A stretch of DNA of 64,000 nucleotides from Macrostomum lignano. Its lineage: Eukaryota. The DNA is taken from assembly GCA_002269645.1 (NCBI GenBank), contig NIVC01000581.1, positions 62,001 through 126,000 on the forward strand, written 5' to 3'. Each line of letters starts with the position of its first letter. Within the stretch, counting starts at the first letter, position 1. Shown here piece after piece: positions 1-11,980 of the stretch. Made by a program: the position numbers and the translations under genes. A model generated the notes under the pieces. The model did no database searches. It was not told where the DNA came from and worked only from the letters and a program-made list of their open reading frames with translations.

Positions 1-331
1 TGATGTGACGGGGCCGGGCCATCGGTAGACTGCAGATGGATCATCGCTATAGACTACAGGCGTTCGATCTTTACTACATTAATTTGCTCGTAGTTTTAAT
101 GCAATGGAGTGCAGCTTTTTGGTGATGGTGCTTTGTAACAAATAAAGGCAAGTTCGGTTGCTCAAATACTTAAATATTAGCGAATGTGAACATTAAAAGC
201 ATTTGATTGCTTGAAATTCACCGAATTTCAGTTTCCTGATCACATGCAGTACAGCATCAAGATTGCTTCTTTTTCGGCATTGTTGGACCGCATTTGGCAC
301 TGAAGAGTTGGAACGAAGTTTAAGTTGCTAC

Positions 332-520
332 CGACACCGCTCCCGACCTCCTTCAGTGGGCACCACCGCTCCCGACCTCCTTCAGTGGGCACCACCGCTC
401 CCGACCTCCTTCAGTGGGCACCACCGCTCGTTCCTGACCTCCTTCAGTGGGCACCACCGCTCGATCCTGACCTCCTTCAGTGGGCACCACCGCTCGATCC
501 TGACCTCCTTCAGTGGGCAC
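332..520. repeat. Minisatellite, 29-33 bp unit (caccaccgctcccgacctccttcagtggg), ~6 copies
   Basis: Direct tandem repetition; generates spurious ORFs 263..682 and 325..696. Confidence 0.9.
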
Positions 521-1027
521 CAACACAAGCCTCAGCCTACAACGCTAGTCTTGTTCATACGCCAATGTGCGTTTCAAGCAAGAAGACCCAGAAGGAATAT
601 ATTGTGCACAAAAATGAAGTCAAGCAGACGCACATTGTCAGTCACTGTTTGTCAGAAATTCCTCATGTTTTTATTTATTTAATTAAGTCTCATTGAAATA
701 TGATCCATATTTATTTTATAACATTCAACTAGAATTATTTCCATCAAATTTTAATTGATAAGATCAGGGAAAAATCATGACGAACTTACAGGTAAAATTA
801 GCACTTGGGATCATCTTTTGACTAAATTTCGTATAGCGCGTTTGCAAAAGAAATTACTGGGAGTTTTTCTAGCCTTTTTGTGGTTTTTGTGGGGACTTTG
901 ATGTCTAAGGACAGCATGCTTACACAGACTCAAGATTTGGAGCTTTTGTTAATGCTGCTGTCTATGCGTGAGCAGTCTCTGATGGCGCTAGCTGGTCTTT
1001 TGGCCAATAAGGATGAACTTGGCATGC

Positions 1028-1237
1028 TCAATGATGATGTCCGTCGTGCATGTGATGATCATGTCCGTCGTGCATGTGATGGTCATGTCCGTCGTGCGGA
1101 TGATGGTCATGTCCGTCTTGCCGGGTCCTCAGTTGATTCCTCAGCAGCATTTCGCCAGCGCTGAGGGCCTCCGTGCTGACCGCCAGCGCTGCCAGGCTCG
1201 TCACAACGAATGTTAGGATCGCGATAGTCGATGTCAT
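1028..1237 (-). CDS. Small secreted histidine-rich protein A (69 aa, single exon): signal peptide + EALSAGEML motif + DGHDHH(P/M)H repeats
   Basis: Internal Met of ORF 1028..1486 gives MTSTIAILTFVVTSLAALAVSTEA (signal-peptide-like), then LSAGEMLLRNQLRTR and 30 aa containing 15 His. The non-repetitive N-terminus is homologous to the 3814-4239 ORF. AATAAA-type signal downstream (tttatt on + near 669). Confidence 0.75.
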   Translation of the reverse strand: MTSTIAILTFVVTSLAALAVSTEALSAGEMLLRNQLRTRQDGHDHHPHDGHDHHMHDGHDHHMHDGHHH

Positions 1238-1368
1238 GCTGGCGGTTGATCGAGCTTGCTGGTACGAGGCTGCAACTTGAGAGTATTTGCCCACTACTTG
1301 CTTTGGCTGTCGCTTGCTCACTGAACCTGAGAGGCTGCCCCAACCACCGCTCCGGCCTGCATGTGGCC

Positions 1369-1378
1369 TTTTATTATA
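1369..1378 (-). promoter_or_regulatory. Possible TATA-like element (TATAATAAAA) upstream of His-rich gene A
   Basis: Motif lies ~130 nt upstream of the ATG at 1237 on the minus strand; position only, no functional data. Confidence 0.25.
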
Positions 1379-1745
1379 CTGTGCTGCGGCAGTGACACTT
1401 TCGTCTGTGGCTGAAACCGTTGGCCTGTAGGCGCAATTTCTCAAGCTTAAGGCCTGAACTGTTATGCCGAGCGAAACTTTGGCCATAGACTATTATCTGC
1501 TTGTCCCAGCCCGCGTAGCTGGATCGCTGAATTCAGAAAAGTACAACGATTCAATATAGCTGGTAAGAATGCAAACAGTTTCGAAAGACTTTATTGAGCG
1601 ATCCATCTTGATCATTTAGTATCTGGGCCCGTTTGTACTTTTAGTCAACATCAAGAATTCGCTTTTTTGTCATACTCGTAGATTTAAAGACTGGGTGGCT
1701 TTCCAAATAATAGTGGCTAACAAATAAATCTGTCATTCTACGAGT

Positions 1746-2105
1746 ATCCACTGGTCCTTGCCTCTTATCCACTGGTCCTTGCCTCTTATCCACTGGTCCT
1801 TGCCTCTTATCCACTGGTCCTTGCCTCTATCCACTGGTCTTTGCCTCTATCCACTGGTCCTTGCCTCTATCCACTGGTCCTTGCCTCTATCCACTGGTCC
1901 TTGCCTCTATCCACTGGTCCTTGCCTCTATCCACTGGTCCTAATTGCCTCTATCCACTGGTCCCTGCCTCTTATCCACTGGTCTTTGCCTCTATCCACTG
2001 GTCCTTGCCTCTATCCACTGGTCCTTGCCTCTTATCCACTGGTCTTTGCCTCTATCCACTGGTGTTTGCCTCTATCCACTGGTCCTTGCCTCTATCCACT
2101 GGTGG
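1746..2105. repeat. Minisatellite, 20-21 bp unit (atccactggtccttgcctct)
   Basis: Direct tandem repetition; explains ORFs 1758, 1841, 1861 and 1944. Confidence 0.95.
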
Positions 2106-2639
2106 TCCTTGCTTTTTCTATCCATACAAGAACAAGAAGAAAATGGGACAAAACGCCGAGTGCGTGCCAGTCTTCGGCGGTAGGGTGCCTGCAGCGTCAC
2201 CCAGTAGCTCTTGCATCACCGGCTGTGGGCAGTACCACTCATCGCGGATGATTTGGCCTGCCAGGCAGATTCGGCGATGGCACAAAAACTTTGTCATTAA
2301 TTTGTTTGATGAGGGACTGATTATTTCCTGACAATTTATCTGCAGTCTTTACCTGAGCTGCAGGCGAAGCTAGCGTTTGACCTAAGCTGCGATATCATTG
2401 CACCGCGCAGGAGGTGTCTATCAAGGCTGATCTGGGACTACCATGAGTAACTGGGCGCCGGAGGGACCTTCAGGGCCGTATAGGAGTTGGAGCGCTGATC
2501 GAACCGAGGCTGTCGCCTCGGCGTTCCGGCGACACTACAGCTGATGGGCGCAGAATGAGCTGCACGAACTCTTAATTCGCCGCCATCGTAAACGCGCTGA
2601 CACTCCCGCTGCCAGACAATCTGACGCTGCCGTCTGAGA

Positions 2640-3140
2640 CGCCGTCGCTGGAGAAGAGCTTCAGCATGTGCCAGTAAGCACAGCCGACGTTTTGAGGCTT
2701 GCCCAATTGTCGCCGGGCGGGAAAGCGCTGGGTCCGGACGCCATGCAGTTAGGTCGCCAGAGTACCGGCCGCGTACTCTTCGGCGAGGATCGGCGCCCAA
2801 CGAATGGGCCACGGAATACATCGCAGCTATTCCTCTCAGAAGCCGCACAGCACAACCTTGAGGAGGAGTATGAGGGCATCGATCTGCCTTCGGTCGTGGA
2901 GTAGTGGCACAAATTCTGGCTTTTCGCTGAGGCATCGAAGAGGCGCGGATACGCTAGCAGATCCTGATGTTATCTTGGGGATTCGCAGATATACAGATTC
3001 ACAGATTTGTAGATTATGTATTTGTCGATGGATAAGTACATGTAGGGCTGCGTTCCCAATGGTGGTGCCAAATCAGCTGGTTTCCGCCATCATGGCGATG
3101 TGCTGTGACACGAAACTGCGTGTCAACACCGGACGGCCTA
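2640..3140 (+). mobile_element. Possible decayed non-LTR retrotransposon (RT-region) relic
   Basis: Translations VSTADVLRLAQLSPGGKALGPD (resembles the LINE pre-RT K-A-P-G-P-D-G motif) and LVSAIMAMCCDTKLRVNTG (resembles the RT segment before QG). Broken by stops and frameshifts; no YADD seen. Confidence 0.3.
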
Positions 3141-3813
3141 TCGAGACCTGACAGCTGTAGACTCGCTCGAATAGCCAGATCAAGCGGCGCACGCTGGCCT
3201 GCTACTCGTCGACTTCAAGATCGGCGACAAACGAGTTCCAACGCGGCACCACTCTGTTATCATCGCACCGGCCCAGAGCGTCCGAGCGTTATTAATCCTT
3301 GCCACCATCCCCGCCTCCATCAACAGTATTCAGGGCCTCGCGACTATGGCAATTTGATAATTATTTAAACGCAAGAACTGACACAGCATTGTTTCTGATT
3401 TAAATTACTGATTTCTGATTTAATTTTCTCCAATTTACTTCAATTTCTTATTTATTTCAAGTGCATCGATAGCAGAATCAAAGCAAATAATTGGTTAGTT
3501 TTTACATGCAGGACTGATTAGCATTTTGCAACAGATGTAATCATGCAATAGCGGACACTAGAATTGAAATAAAAGGCGGAAAGATGCTTAGATGAAGGTG
3601 CGATCAATATAGAGTTTTCTGTTGTGTTAGGATTATGATTTGTGTGGATAATTGGACTGATTGGCCTACATGTACGTACAATGACAAGTTGGAGTGGATT
3701 CGAGGAAGCGGAATAAAACTTCAACATGCGAATGCCTGTCACGTTTTAGTCTTCTGGCTTGAATTCAGTGACCACGATATTAGTGATGATGGTCGTCATG
3801 GTGGTGATGACCG

Positions 3814-4239
3814 TCATGATAATGATGATGACCGTCGGTGATGGTGATGGTTGTCATGGTGATGGTGATGACCGTCATGGTGGTGGTGATGGTCGTCATG
3901 GTGATGGTGATGACCGTCATGGTGGTGGTGGTGGTGATTGTCGTCATGGTGATGGTGATGACCGTCATGGTGGTGGTGATGGTCGTCATGGTGATGATGA
4001 TGACTGTCATGGTGGTGGTGATGGTCGTCATGGTGATGGTGATGACCGTCATAGTGGTGGCGATGGCCTTCATGTCGGTGGCGATGGCCTTCTTGGTGGT
4101 GGTGATGGTCGTCATGGTGGTGGCCGTCATTGGCTAGTTCGAAGAGCATCTCGCCAGTACTGATGGCGTCGGCCTTGGTCAGCAGGGCAGCGGCGCTCAT
4201 CAGGCCGACTGCCAGAAGTGCGATCAAATACGAGCTCAT
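3814..4239 (-). CDS. Small secreted histidine-rich protein B (141 aa, single exon): signal peptide + DAISTGEML motif + D(G/D)HHHHH repeats
   Basis: MSSYLIALLAVGLMSAAALLTKADA is signal-peptide-like. 63 His counted in the translation. Shares the [ED]A[LI]S[AT]GEML motif with gene A, including synonymous nucleotide differences. Confidence 0.8.
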   Translation of the reverse strand: MSSYLIALLAVGLMSAAALLTKADAISTGEMLFELANDGHHHDDHHHHQEGHRHRHEGHRHHYDGHHHHHDDHHHHHDSHHHHHDDHHHHHDGHHHHHDDNHHHHHHDGHHHHHDDHHHHHDGHHHHHDNHHHHRRSSSLS

Positions 4240-5542
4240 TGCTAGCGGCGTAGTGGGTGGTCCTATGCCAGTGAAAAACGTGTGGTGCTCTCGTATCTAG
4301 CAGATCGGAAATTAGCTCAAGCTGCTGCAGCTCTCACTTAAACTGCTGCGCTCGAGACTCAGCCCATCGAACCTGTCTCCACAGTCCAGTCTTGTCTGTG
4401 TAAAAAACCCTGGCGTTGATGCCACAAATACGTCTATGGCAGCATTGGGAAACGAATTAACTCATGGCTTCTTTAAACAGATATTTGTTTTTTTAATGCA
4501 TTTCAGCGCAGAATTTGATTGAGGTCTTGCTATAGGCTGACTGTAGTTAAATGCACTTTTTAAAATCAATAGACTTTAAGAAGCAGCACACATGAGAACT
4601 GATGTCCCCAATTGCTTAGTTGTACATGTATGTGTGGGCATGAAAAATCATAGGACAACAACAGCAAAATGATTTGCTCATGAATTCGTACGCACTGTGC
4701 CAGTCAGCCAGTGGCTATATTTATGTACAGGTGTGTTTTTTTGTACACGCCTTTTATACATATGTCGCACTTTGACAGTAAAAGCAGTGGTAAATGGGAG
4801 ATACTTGGATATGGAGCATCGTTGTGGTTTTCGGCCTTGCTTTTTCCCTATGGTCATGCAGTGGAGATGGCTGAATGATGATGTTCTGACTTTATCTACT
4901 TTCACTTAATGACGTACGAGGCTTTTCTCTAAAATTTACAATATGTATATATAAACCAGAATAATTGCATGTTTCTAAACCAGTACATGTACCTGTGTAG
5001 GAAAATGACAACCACCAACTTAACACAGCTGTACGAGTATACAGTGTACGTAAAAATATTTTCAATTTACAAATATGAATTCTTTGATAAAGATATGAAG
5101 ACTTTTTGCCATTTCGGTATTCCTTATTTATCCATTATTCCACTCCGTTTACCTACTATACTAAACAATCCACCAAAATGTTTTCATTTTCTACGATGAT
5201 ATCAGGGCGCGCATATGCCTACTGCACTGTCTTCAATGTCGTGGAGTAGTGGTGCATCCTGGCTTTTCGCCAAGTCATCGAAGAGGCGCGGATACGCTAG
5301 CAGATCCTGATTGTTATCTTATCAGGATTGGCTTATTCCCGATTCTAGAACAAGAATCAGTTTGAAACTTTTAATTTTGCTTGTTTCATTAATTTTCCGG
5401 GCTCAAAACTAGCTGTTTCTTGAACGAAAATTTCTCGTTTTACTGCTGTGTTCTAGTTTCTAAGCTATGGAAATCTATGTTACCGATTCTTTTGAGCTAT
5501 ATTTTATTCCTCGTGGCTTGTCTTCTCTCTAAAAAAATAAAT

Positions 5543-6010
5543 AATCAGCGGTCCCAGTGCGTGACAACGATTGTCTGGCGAGCGCCGGTAGGCGGGAGCC
5601 ATAGACAAATCGTTGTCACGTGCTGCGACCGCTGATTCTTTGCATTGTTTTTCTGTTTGACGATCCTACAGACAATGCATTGTTTGTAGTAATGATTGTT
5701 CTGCATAAAATATGCGAATAATGATCGTCAAATTGCTAAACAATGGTCAGACACACGTGCGCTAACGCACAGCGATGATTGAATGGATTAATAATTAGCG
5801 GTTGCAGTGCGTGACAACGATATCTGGCGAGCGCCAGCTTATGCACGAGCCATAGACAGTTCGTTGTCACGAGCTGCGACCGCTAGCTGATTCTTTGCAT
5901 AATTGTTTTTTCTGCATTGTCTAGCAATTTGACGATCATCATTCACATTTTTATTTATCCATTGTTCTGCATAAAATGTGCGAACAACAATCGTCAAATT
6001 GCTAAACAAT
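5543..6010. repeat. Tandem duplication of a ~250 bp unit containing two fold-back hairpins (A: 5543-5637 and 5796-5885; B: ~5655-5745 and ~5917-6010)
   Basis: Arm cagcggtcccagtgcgtgacaacgattgtct pairs with agacaaatcgttgtcacgtgctgcgaccgctg; tagcaatttgacgat pairs with atcgtcaaattgcta. Confidence 0.75.
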
Positions 6011-6052
6011 ACATTTCAGTGCATAAAAATGTGAAAAGTGATCGTCGAATTG

Positions 6053-6914
6053 CAGTGTACGTTGGGCACTTCCGTTACCGAGAAACTTGCAAATGGTAAC
6101 GCAAGTTAATTTTTCGAAAAGCGGTCCTTACGCAAGTTACTTTTTATTTTAGTAACGGAGTAAACGGTAAGTTACTCAAATTTCGGAAGTCCGTTACAGT
6201 TACTTAAACAACAATCGCAATATTTAAATTAAAACTGAAATGCTTAGCTATTACGCCGGTTGTCACATGTTTTTGCATTTTTCATTCCTAAATTCAAAAT
6301 TAAGTGAATAGTATCATATGGTATTGCGCTTAAATTAATGAAGAAAAACTTGAAACATGTTTTACTTTGTTATAATTTCGGTGAAATATTTTCGCTTTTC
6401 ATTTTCAAGTTACTAAAAATTTTCAAGTTTGATTCTGCAAACATACATACAACCAAAGAAAGAAATTCATATCATCTGTAGCCTCTGCACAAGTCCCTCC
6501 ACTGGCACTGCAGTACACTACACCATTGTATACAGTTCTATTTACTTTACTCTATTGAATTATTGATATTCGTTTATTTTATCATTTATAATTTTAATTA
6601 TTGATTGCCATTGCCCATTGGTCCTTCTACTTGCCTCACATGGTGTCGCCAATTCCTGTCTCTGTCTGTTAATTGGTTAATACCAATTCCCAATGACAAA
6701 TTTCGGTAACAACAATGTGAAAAAATGTGCAATGTGAAAAAAGCATAAAATTTTGTTAATAACATGGGTAATGGAAGTGAGTAACGGACAGTAACTTAAA
6801 AGTTACCTGGTTTTTTTCTAAAGTTACTAGGCTAATGTAAGTTACTTTTTAAAAATTGGTAAATTAAGTTACCGTAACGCAAGTTACCTTTTTTGAATAA
6901 CTTGCCCAACACTG
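6053..6914. mobile_element. Non-autonomous hAT-type DNA transposon (~860 bp)
   Basis: Termini cagtg(tac)gttgggca ... tgcccaacactg are inverted repeats. Flanks tcgaattg (6045-6052) and tcaaattg (6915-6922) form a 7/8-matching 8-bp TSD. Clustered GTAAC/GTTAC subterminal motifs at both ends; no ORF. Confidence 0.8.
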
Positions 6915-7984
6915 TCAAATTGCTAGAAAATGTATTAATATAATCAAACACTTCATTAATTCTCCAACATTTTTGAACCATTTGTCACCATATTAGAATT
7001 TTTAAAAATCTAACAAAAATGAAAACCCAAGTTTCAATTTTTTAGGTCTGCTAATATACTTCTAGGCTTTCCAAAATTATAAGCAAAAGGTTTTAGAGCC
7101 TAGGGCCTATCTATCTTGAAAAAAATCATTCTTAGAAATAAAATTATCAAAAACAGAATTCAGTCCATTTTTCACCTTTCTTTGAATTCTCATTAAAGTT
7201 AAAGGCATATCAGGTCAGGACACATTCTTTTGAATAGGCCCTATATTTAACCCCCTTTACATGTCATAATCTCTTAGGCTTAGCCGTGGCATAGGTACCT
7301 GATTCTACAAAAGTTCTCACTAATTTGGCAAATTTAAACAAAACTGAATTGAAACCTTTTCTATACCTTTTGCACATAGGCCTATCCCAAGTCCCAACTA
7401 CAGGCCTATGTCATAGCTCATCATATAGAATGGCCTGGGTGCAGTTGAATTCGTCATGCTACTTATTAAATAAATATCAAAGAACACTCATTGCAGCTAC
7501 CAATCTATTTGATATTCTACTATTAGTCTATTAAAGCCAAGTAGCCTAGGCCTAGTAGGGTTTAGGTACTTGTACTATAGGTCTATGAAGATTGAATTTA
7601 GACTGCTAGAGGGTGGCACTGTTTTAGGAATCTAGGCGGTAAGTCTAATCAAGACTATATCTAGACAGTAACAGGTCCCAGAAAGGTTCCTAGGTTTAGT
7701 TGTAGGCCTATTGCCTATAGTAGCTATACTAGCAATCTAGTGCCTCCTTTGGCTTTGGGGTATGCAATACAAAAGGAGCAAAAATTATTCATGGAAAAAA
7801 ATTAAAAAAGCATCTTTTCTTAAGTCAAGAACCAATTTTGTCTACAGTTTTATAAACCACCTTATCAAGTACAATTGTCATAGACAAAGATGTTTATTAT
7901 GAATATCTTTCTTTTTTCTAAAATTAACAAAGATAATAAAATAAAGATAATAGACATTCCAACTGAATAGAAAACATCTCCAAG

Positions 7985-8330
7985 ATAGCAAGCATCCCCG
8001 CAGATAGCAAGCATCCCTGGATAACAAGCATCCCCCTAAATAGCAAGCATCCCCCTAAATAGCAAGCATCCCCCTCAATAGCAAGCATCCCCAGATAGCA
8101 AGCATCCCCCTAGATAGCAAGCATCCACCCAGATAGCAAGCATAGGCCCTACCCATACCCCTAGATAACAAGCATCTACCCAGATAGCAAGTATTCTGCA
8201 GATAGCAAGCATCCTGAATAGAAAGAATCCTTGGTTTATCAAATGCAGTAATCCTTGGTTTATCAAGTGCAATAATCCTTGCCTTATCAAGTGCAGAAAT
8301 CCTTGGTTTATCAAGTGCAGTAATCCTTTG
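7985..8330. repeat. Two adjacent minisatellites (~20 bp agatagcaagcatcccc; ~24 bp aatccttggtttatcaagtgca)
   Basis: Direct tandem repetition. Confidence 0.85.
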
Positions 8331-9019
8331 TAAGCAAGTAAGGCTAGGTCAAGGACAAAATGTATTAGGCCTAGAAAACAGTAAAGTTGTTGATTAGCAT
8401 GCTTAAGCCAAGCTATACTGCCTATTTGCTAGCCAATATTGCAACATTGATTTATATAAAAATGACTAAATTAAATAACTGAATTAGATGAACTTCAAGT
8501 CATATATTCCATGTTTTTGACTTTATAACCTATATATAATCCTAATGCAAATATTGCTAGGCCTATAAATACTGCAAGAACTCCTATTGGCAAAGATAGA
8601 TATAAAATTGACTTAGCATTTTGTTAATTGCTTATTAGTAGTATGCAACTATCTCTAGCAAAGTTCTTAGCCTAGGCCCCTCCAAAATTATCTTATCCAT
8701 ATATCATATTTATGGGATAACAAGCTGTTGAAACCCGCGGATTTTGAACCCGGGGAATTCCAATCCCTGGAACTACTTTTGCATGTATTCTGAAATCTAA
8801 GGCAATACACAAACAAAAACTTGTTAATAGTTAGTAAGATAGAGGTAGACATAAAATGGAGCACATTCGTGTAAAATTAGGGTTTGAGGCAAACATTGAT
8901 ATTGTTGGCTGGGGGTACTCCGCAGAATGTCAGGCAATGTCTGTCTGACTTTAAAACATGTATTGGCAAACTCTGGCCTCTCCCTGACTCTCCCTATGTC
9001 CATTGGATCCTTTAAAATT

Positions 9020-9692
9020 TCTATCGTCTCTTCTGTTTCCTTTCTTCTCTCTCGTCCCTCGTCTCTCCTCTCTCCTCTCTCTTCTCTCCTCTCTTCTCTC
9101 GTATCTTCCCTCATCTCTTCCTTATTCTTTTCTCTCTCCTCTCCTCTCTCCTTTCTACTTTTCGTTTTCTCTCCTCTCCTCTCCTCTCTCCTCTCTCCCA
9201 TCTTCTTTCGTATCCTCCCTCATCTTTCTTCTCTTTCATATCTCTTATCTCATCTCTTCCCTCTTCTTTTCTCTCTCCTCTCCTCTCCCCTCTCTACTTT
9301 TTCGTTTTCTTTCTCCTCTCCTCTCTCCTCTCTCCCCCTCTTCTCTCGTCTCTTCCTTCTCCTCTCTATTCTTTTCTCTCATATCTTAACTCTCTCCTCT
9401 ACTCTCTCATCTCTTAACTCTCTCCTCTACTCTCTCATCTCTCCTCTCTACTCTTTCCTGTCTCCTCTCTCCCCTTTTCTCTCGTCTCTTCCCTCACCTC
9501 TTTCCTCTCTCTCTTTCCTTTTATCTCTTTTCTTGTTTTATCTCTTCTCTCTCCCCTCGTCGCTCGTCTCTTCCCTCACTTCTCTTCTCTCTTGTCTCTT
9601 CCCTCACCTCTCTTCTCTCTCGTCTGCTCTTTCATCTCTCCTTTCTCTTCTTTTATCTTTTCTCAATTATCTCTTCTCGTTTCTCTCTGCTC

Positions 9693-9784
<92 letters not shown>

Positions 9785-10680
9785 TTCTCTCTCTCTCTTT
9801 CTCCCTCTCTCTCTCTTTCTCTCTCTCTCTCTCTATTTCTCTCTCTCTTTCTCCCTCTCTCTCTCTCTCTTATCTCTCCTCTCCCATCTATCTTCTCCTC
9901 TCTTCCCTCTTCATTCTCCTATTTCCTCTTCTCTCTCCCTGTCTCTCCTCTCTCCTCTAGTCTCTGTAATCTCTTCTCTCTTATCTCTCCTCTGTTCTCT
10001 CTACTCTCCCATCTCTCGTCTGTTCACCCTCATCTCTGCTCTCTCATCTGTCATCTTTACTCTCTTATACGTTCTCTCACTTATCTCCTCTGTACTCTTC
10101 TCTTCACCTCTTCTGACTCCTCTCTTTCCTTACTCCTCTCTTCTTTTCTCTTCCCTCTTCTATACTCTCTCTCCTCTATTATCTTCTCTCGTCTCTCTGC
10201 ACTCTCCTCTCACCTTTTTCATCTCTCATCTTTACTCTCTCATCTCTCCTTTAATCTTTCTCATCTCTACAATCTCATCTCTCCTTTCTCCCCTCTTCTT
10301 ACACCCCTCTCTTATCTCTATCTCTTCTCTTCTCACTCCTCTCTCCCCCTCTTATCTCCTCTCTTCTCTATCCTTTCTACTCTCTCCTCTCTAATCTCTC
10401 CTCTCCTCTTGACCCTCTGTCATCTTCTTTCTGCTCTCTCATCTCTACTCTCTTCTCACTCTTCTCTACTCTCCTCTCATCGATCCTCTGTCTCATCTCT
10501 CCCCTCTTCTCACATTTACTCTTTCCTCTCCCTCCTTTCTCCCCTCCTCTCGCATCTTCCTCACTTCTTCTCTGCTCTCTCCTCACCACTTGTCTCTCCT
10601 CTTATATTCCATGTTTTCTCATATCCCCCTCTCGCCTCTCCTCTCTTCTAATAGTCTATTCCTTCTCCTTTCCACTCTCA
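9020..10680. repeat. Polypyrimidine CT-rich low-complexity tract with a (CT)n core near 9700-9870
   Basis: Almost purely C/T on the + strand; produces the spurious 574-aa Leu/Ser ORF. Confidence 0.95.
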
Positions 10681-11329
10681 TCTGGCCCGCACATAATCTG
10701 GATTCTTTATCTGGCTTTTGAAGTAAAAGTCTGCCGATCCCTGCTTCGAAAGCCAGTTTGTGGGACGTACTACTCTCATCGTTGTTCTCATGCTTTGATC
10801 ACGTCATCTTTCTTGCCAATTTGCAGCCCTGAAAGGAATTTTTATATTTTCAGCTCCACTGCAGTCTGCATCAGTCTAACAACCAAGGAAATACGCATTT
10901 CTTAGGAGGCCATTTAAAATTTACACACTACTTTTAAAAGAAACCTAAAATTTCCATGGGTGTGCCTAATTTAGTAGGGTTTTATTGCATTGTGCATTGC
11001 ATTGCATCGCCTTTTCATAAATCTTTCGCTTTTACAAACCGCTTTTCGCTTTCACTTTCTTGCTGGATTCCCTCGATTTGCCAATTGCCATCCACTGTTA
11101 AACTGCTGCAGAGTTTGCCAATACAGAGGAGGGGAGGGCATTGATTAGAATTTCTCACTAATTAAACTGTTATGGCTAAACGTAGCCTCTCCACTCTCGG
11201 GGTGCGAGAAGGCTATAAAAAAAAGTTATTCCAAAACACTGTACATTTGCTATGTACATTCAGTCCTATCGCCTGATCCTTCGTCTGGCTCTGGGGGAAT
11301 GAGTGAGTGAGTGGCACAAACAACAGAAA

Positions 11330-11980
11330 AAGCAGACAAACTTCACATGCTTACGTACAGTTTCAGTTCTGATTGAGTTAGAGAGTTGAAACTTTACATT
11401 TAGACAGAGAATGAGTCAATGAAGAATTGTGTTAAGTTTGAAGTCAATCGATTCACTTGGAGCAAACTTATGGCAGCTGAAAGTTAGTCAATTTTGAAAC
11501 CCTTTTACACATCGGGCCCAGATCGGGAAAGAGAGGCAGGCGGGCGGAGGTTGGGGTGGTTGCTACGCTGAAAAAAACAGCCTAACTTTAAAAGTGCACA
11601 GCGGCTTTCAGGATTAACTTTGAGATTTGAAATTTTACACGATTGTGTCAAAATAGTTGAAAATTGCCTGTGTCAAATTTGAAGAGAATCGGTAGAAGTG
11701 GAGCGGCGCTATGGAGGATTTAGTGAAAAAATCGCGAATTTTGAGCAGTTTTTTGTACTTTTAGGTAGGAAGACTTGAGTCTAGGAAATTAATAGGTAGC
11801 CTAAGACATTCTCCGTAGTAAGTTTAGGGTGGGTGTAAAGTTTGGTGTCATTTGGTTGAGCGGTTTGGGAGTCCATAGCGATCAAAATTGTCCACACACA
11901 GACAGACACACACACACACACAGACAGACACACACACACACACAGACACACAGAGTTTTGATTTTTATAGGTAGAGATAT
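11330..11980 (-). mobile_element. Probable non-autonomous interspersed element, Helitron/Helentron-like, with a (CA)n/(CAGA) tract near one end
   Basis: Minus strand begins a|tctctacctataaaaatcaaaactctgtgtgtctgtgtg (5' TC followed by a microsatellite, as in non-autonomous Helitron-type elements). The other end is not defined. Confidence 0.3.

Noticed and set aside
1238-1486. N-terminal 83-aa extension of ORF 1028..1486
   Set aside because: Not shared with paralog B and would bury the signal peptide; Met at 1237 is the better start
3759-4163. Plus-strand Met/Val and Gly/Asp ORFs, the minus-strand Thr/Met ORF 3780..4130, and ORFs 880..1216 over gene A
   Set aside because: Alternative frames or antisense readings of the His-repeat genes; only the His frame has a signal peptide and the shared motif
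8927-10651. 574-aa Leu/Ser-rich ORF and its antisense Arg/Glu ORFs
   Set aside because: By-product of a CT-only tract that cannot form stop codons; no motif or codon structure
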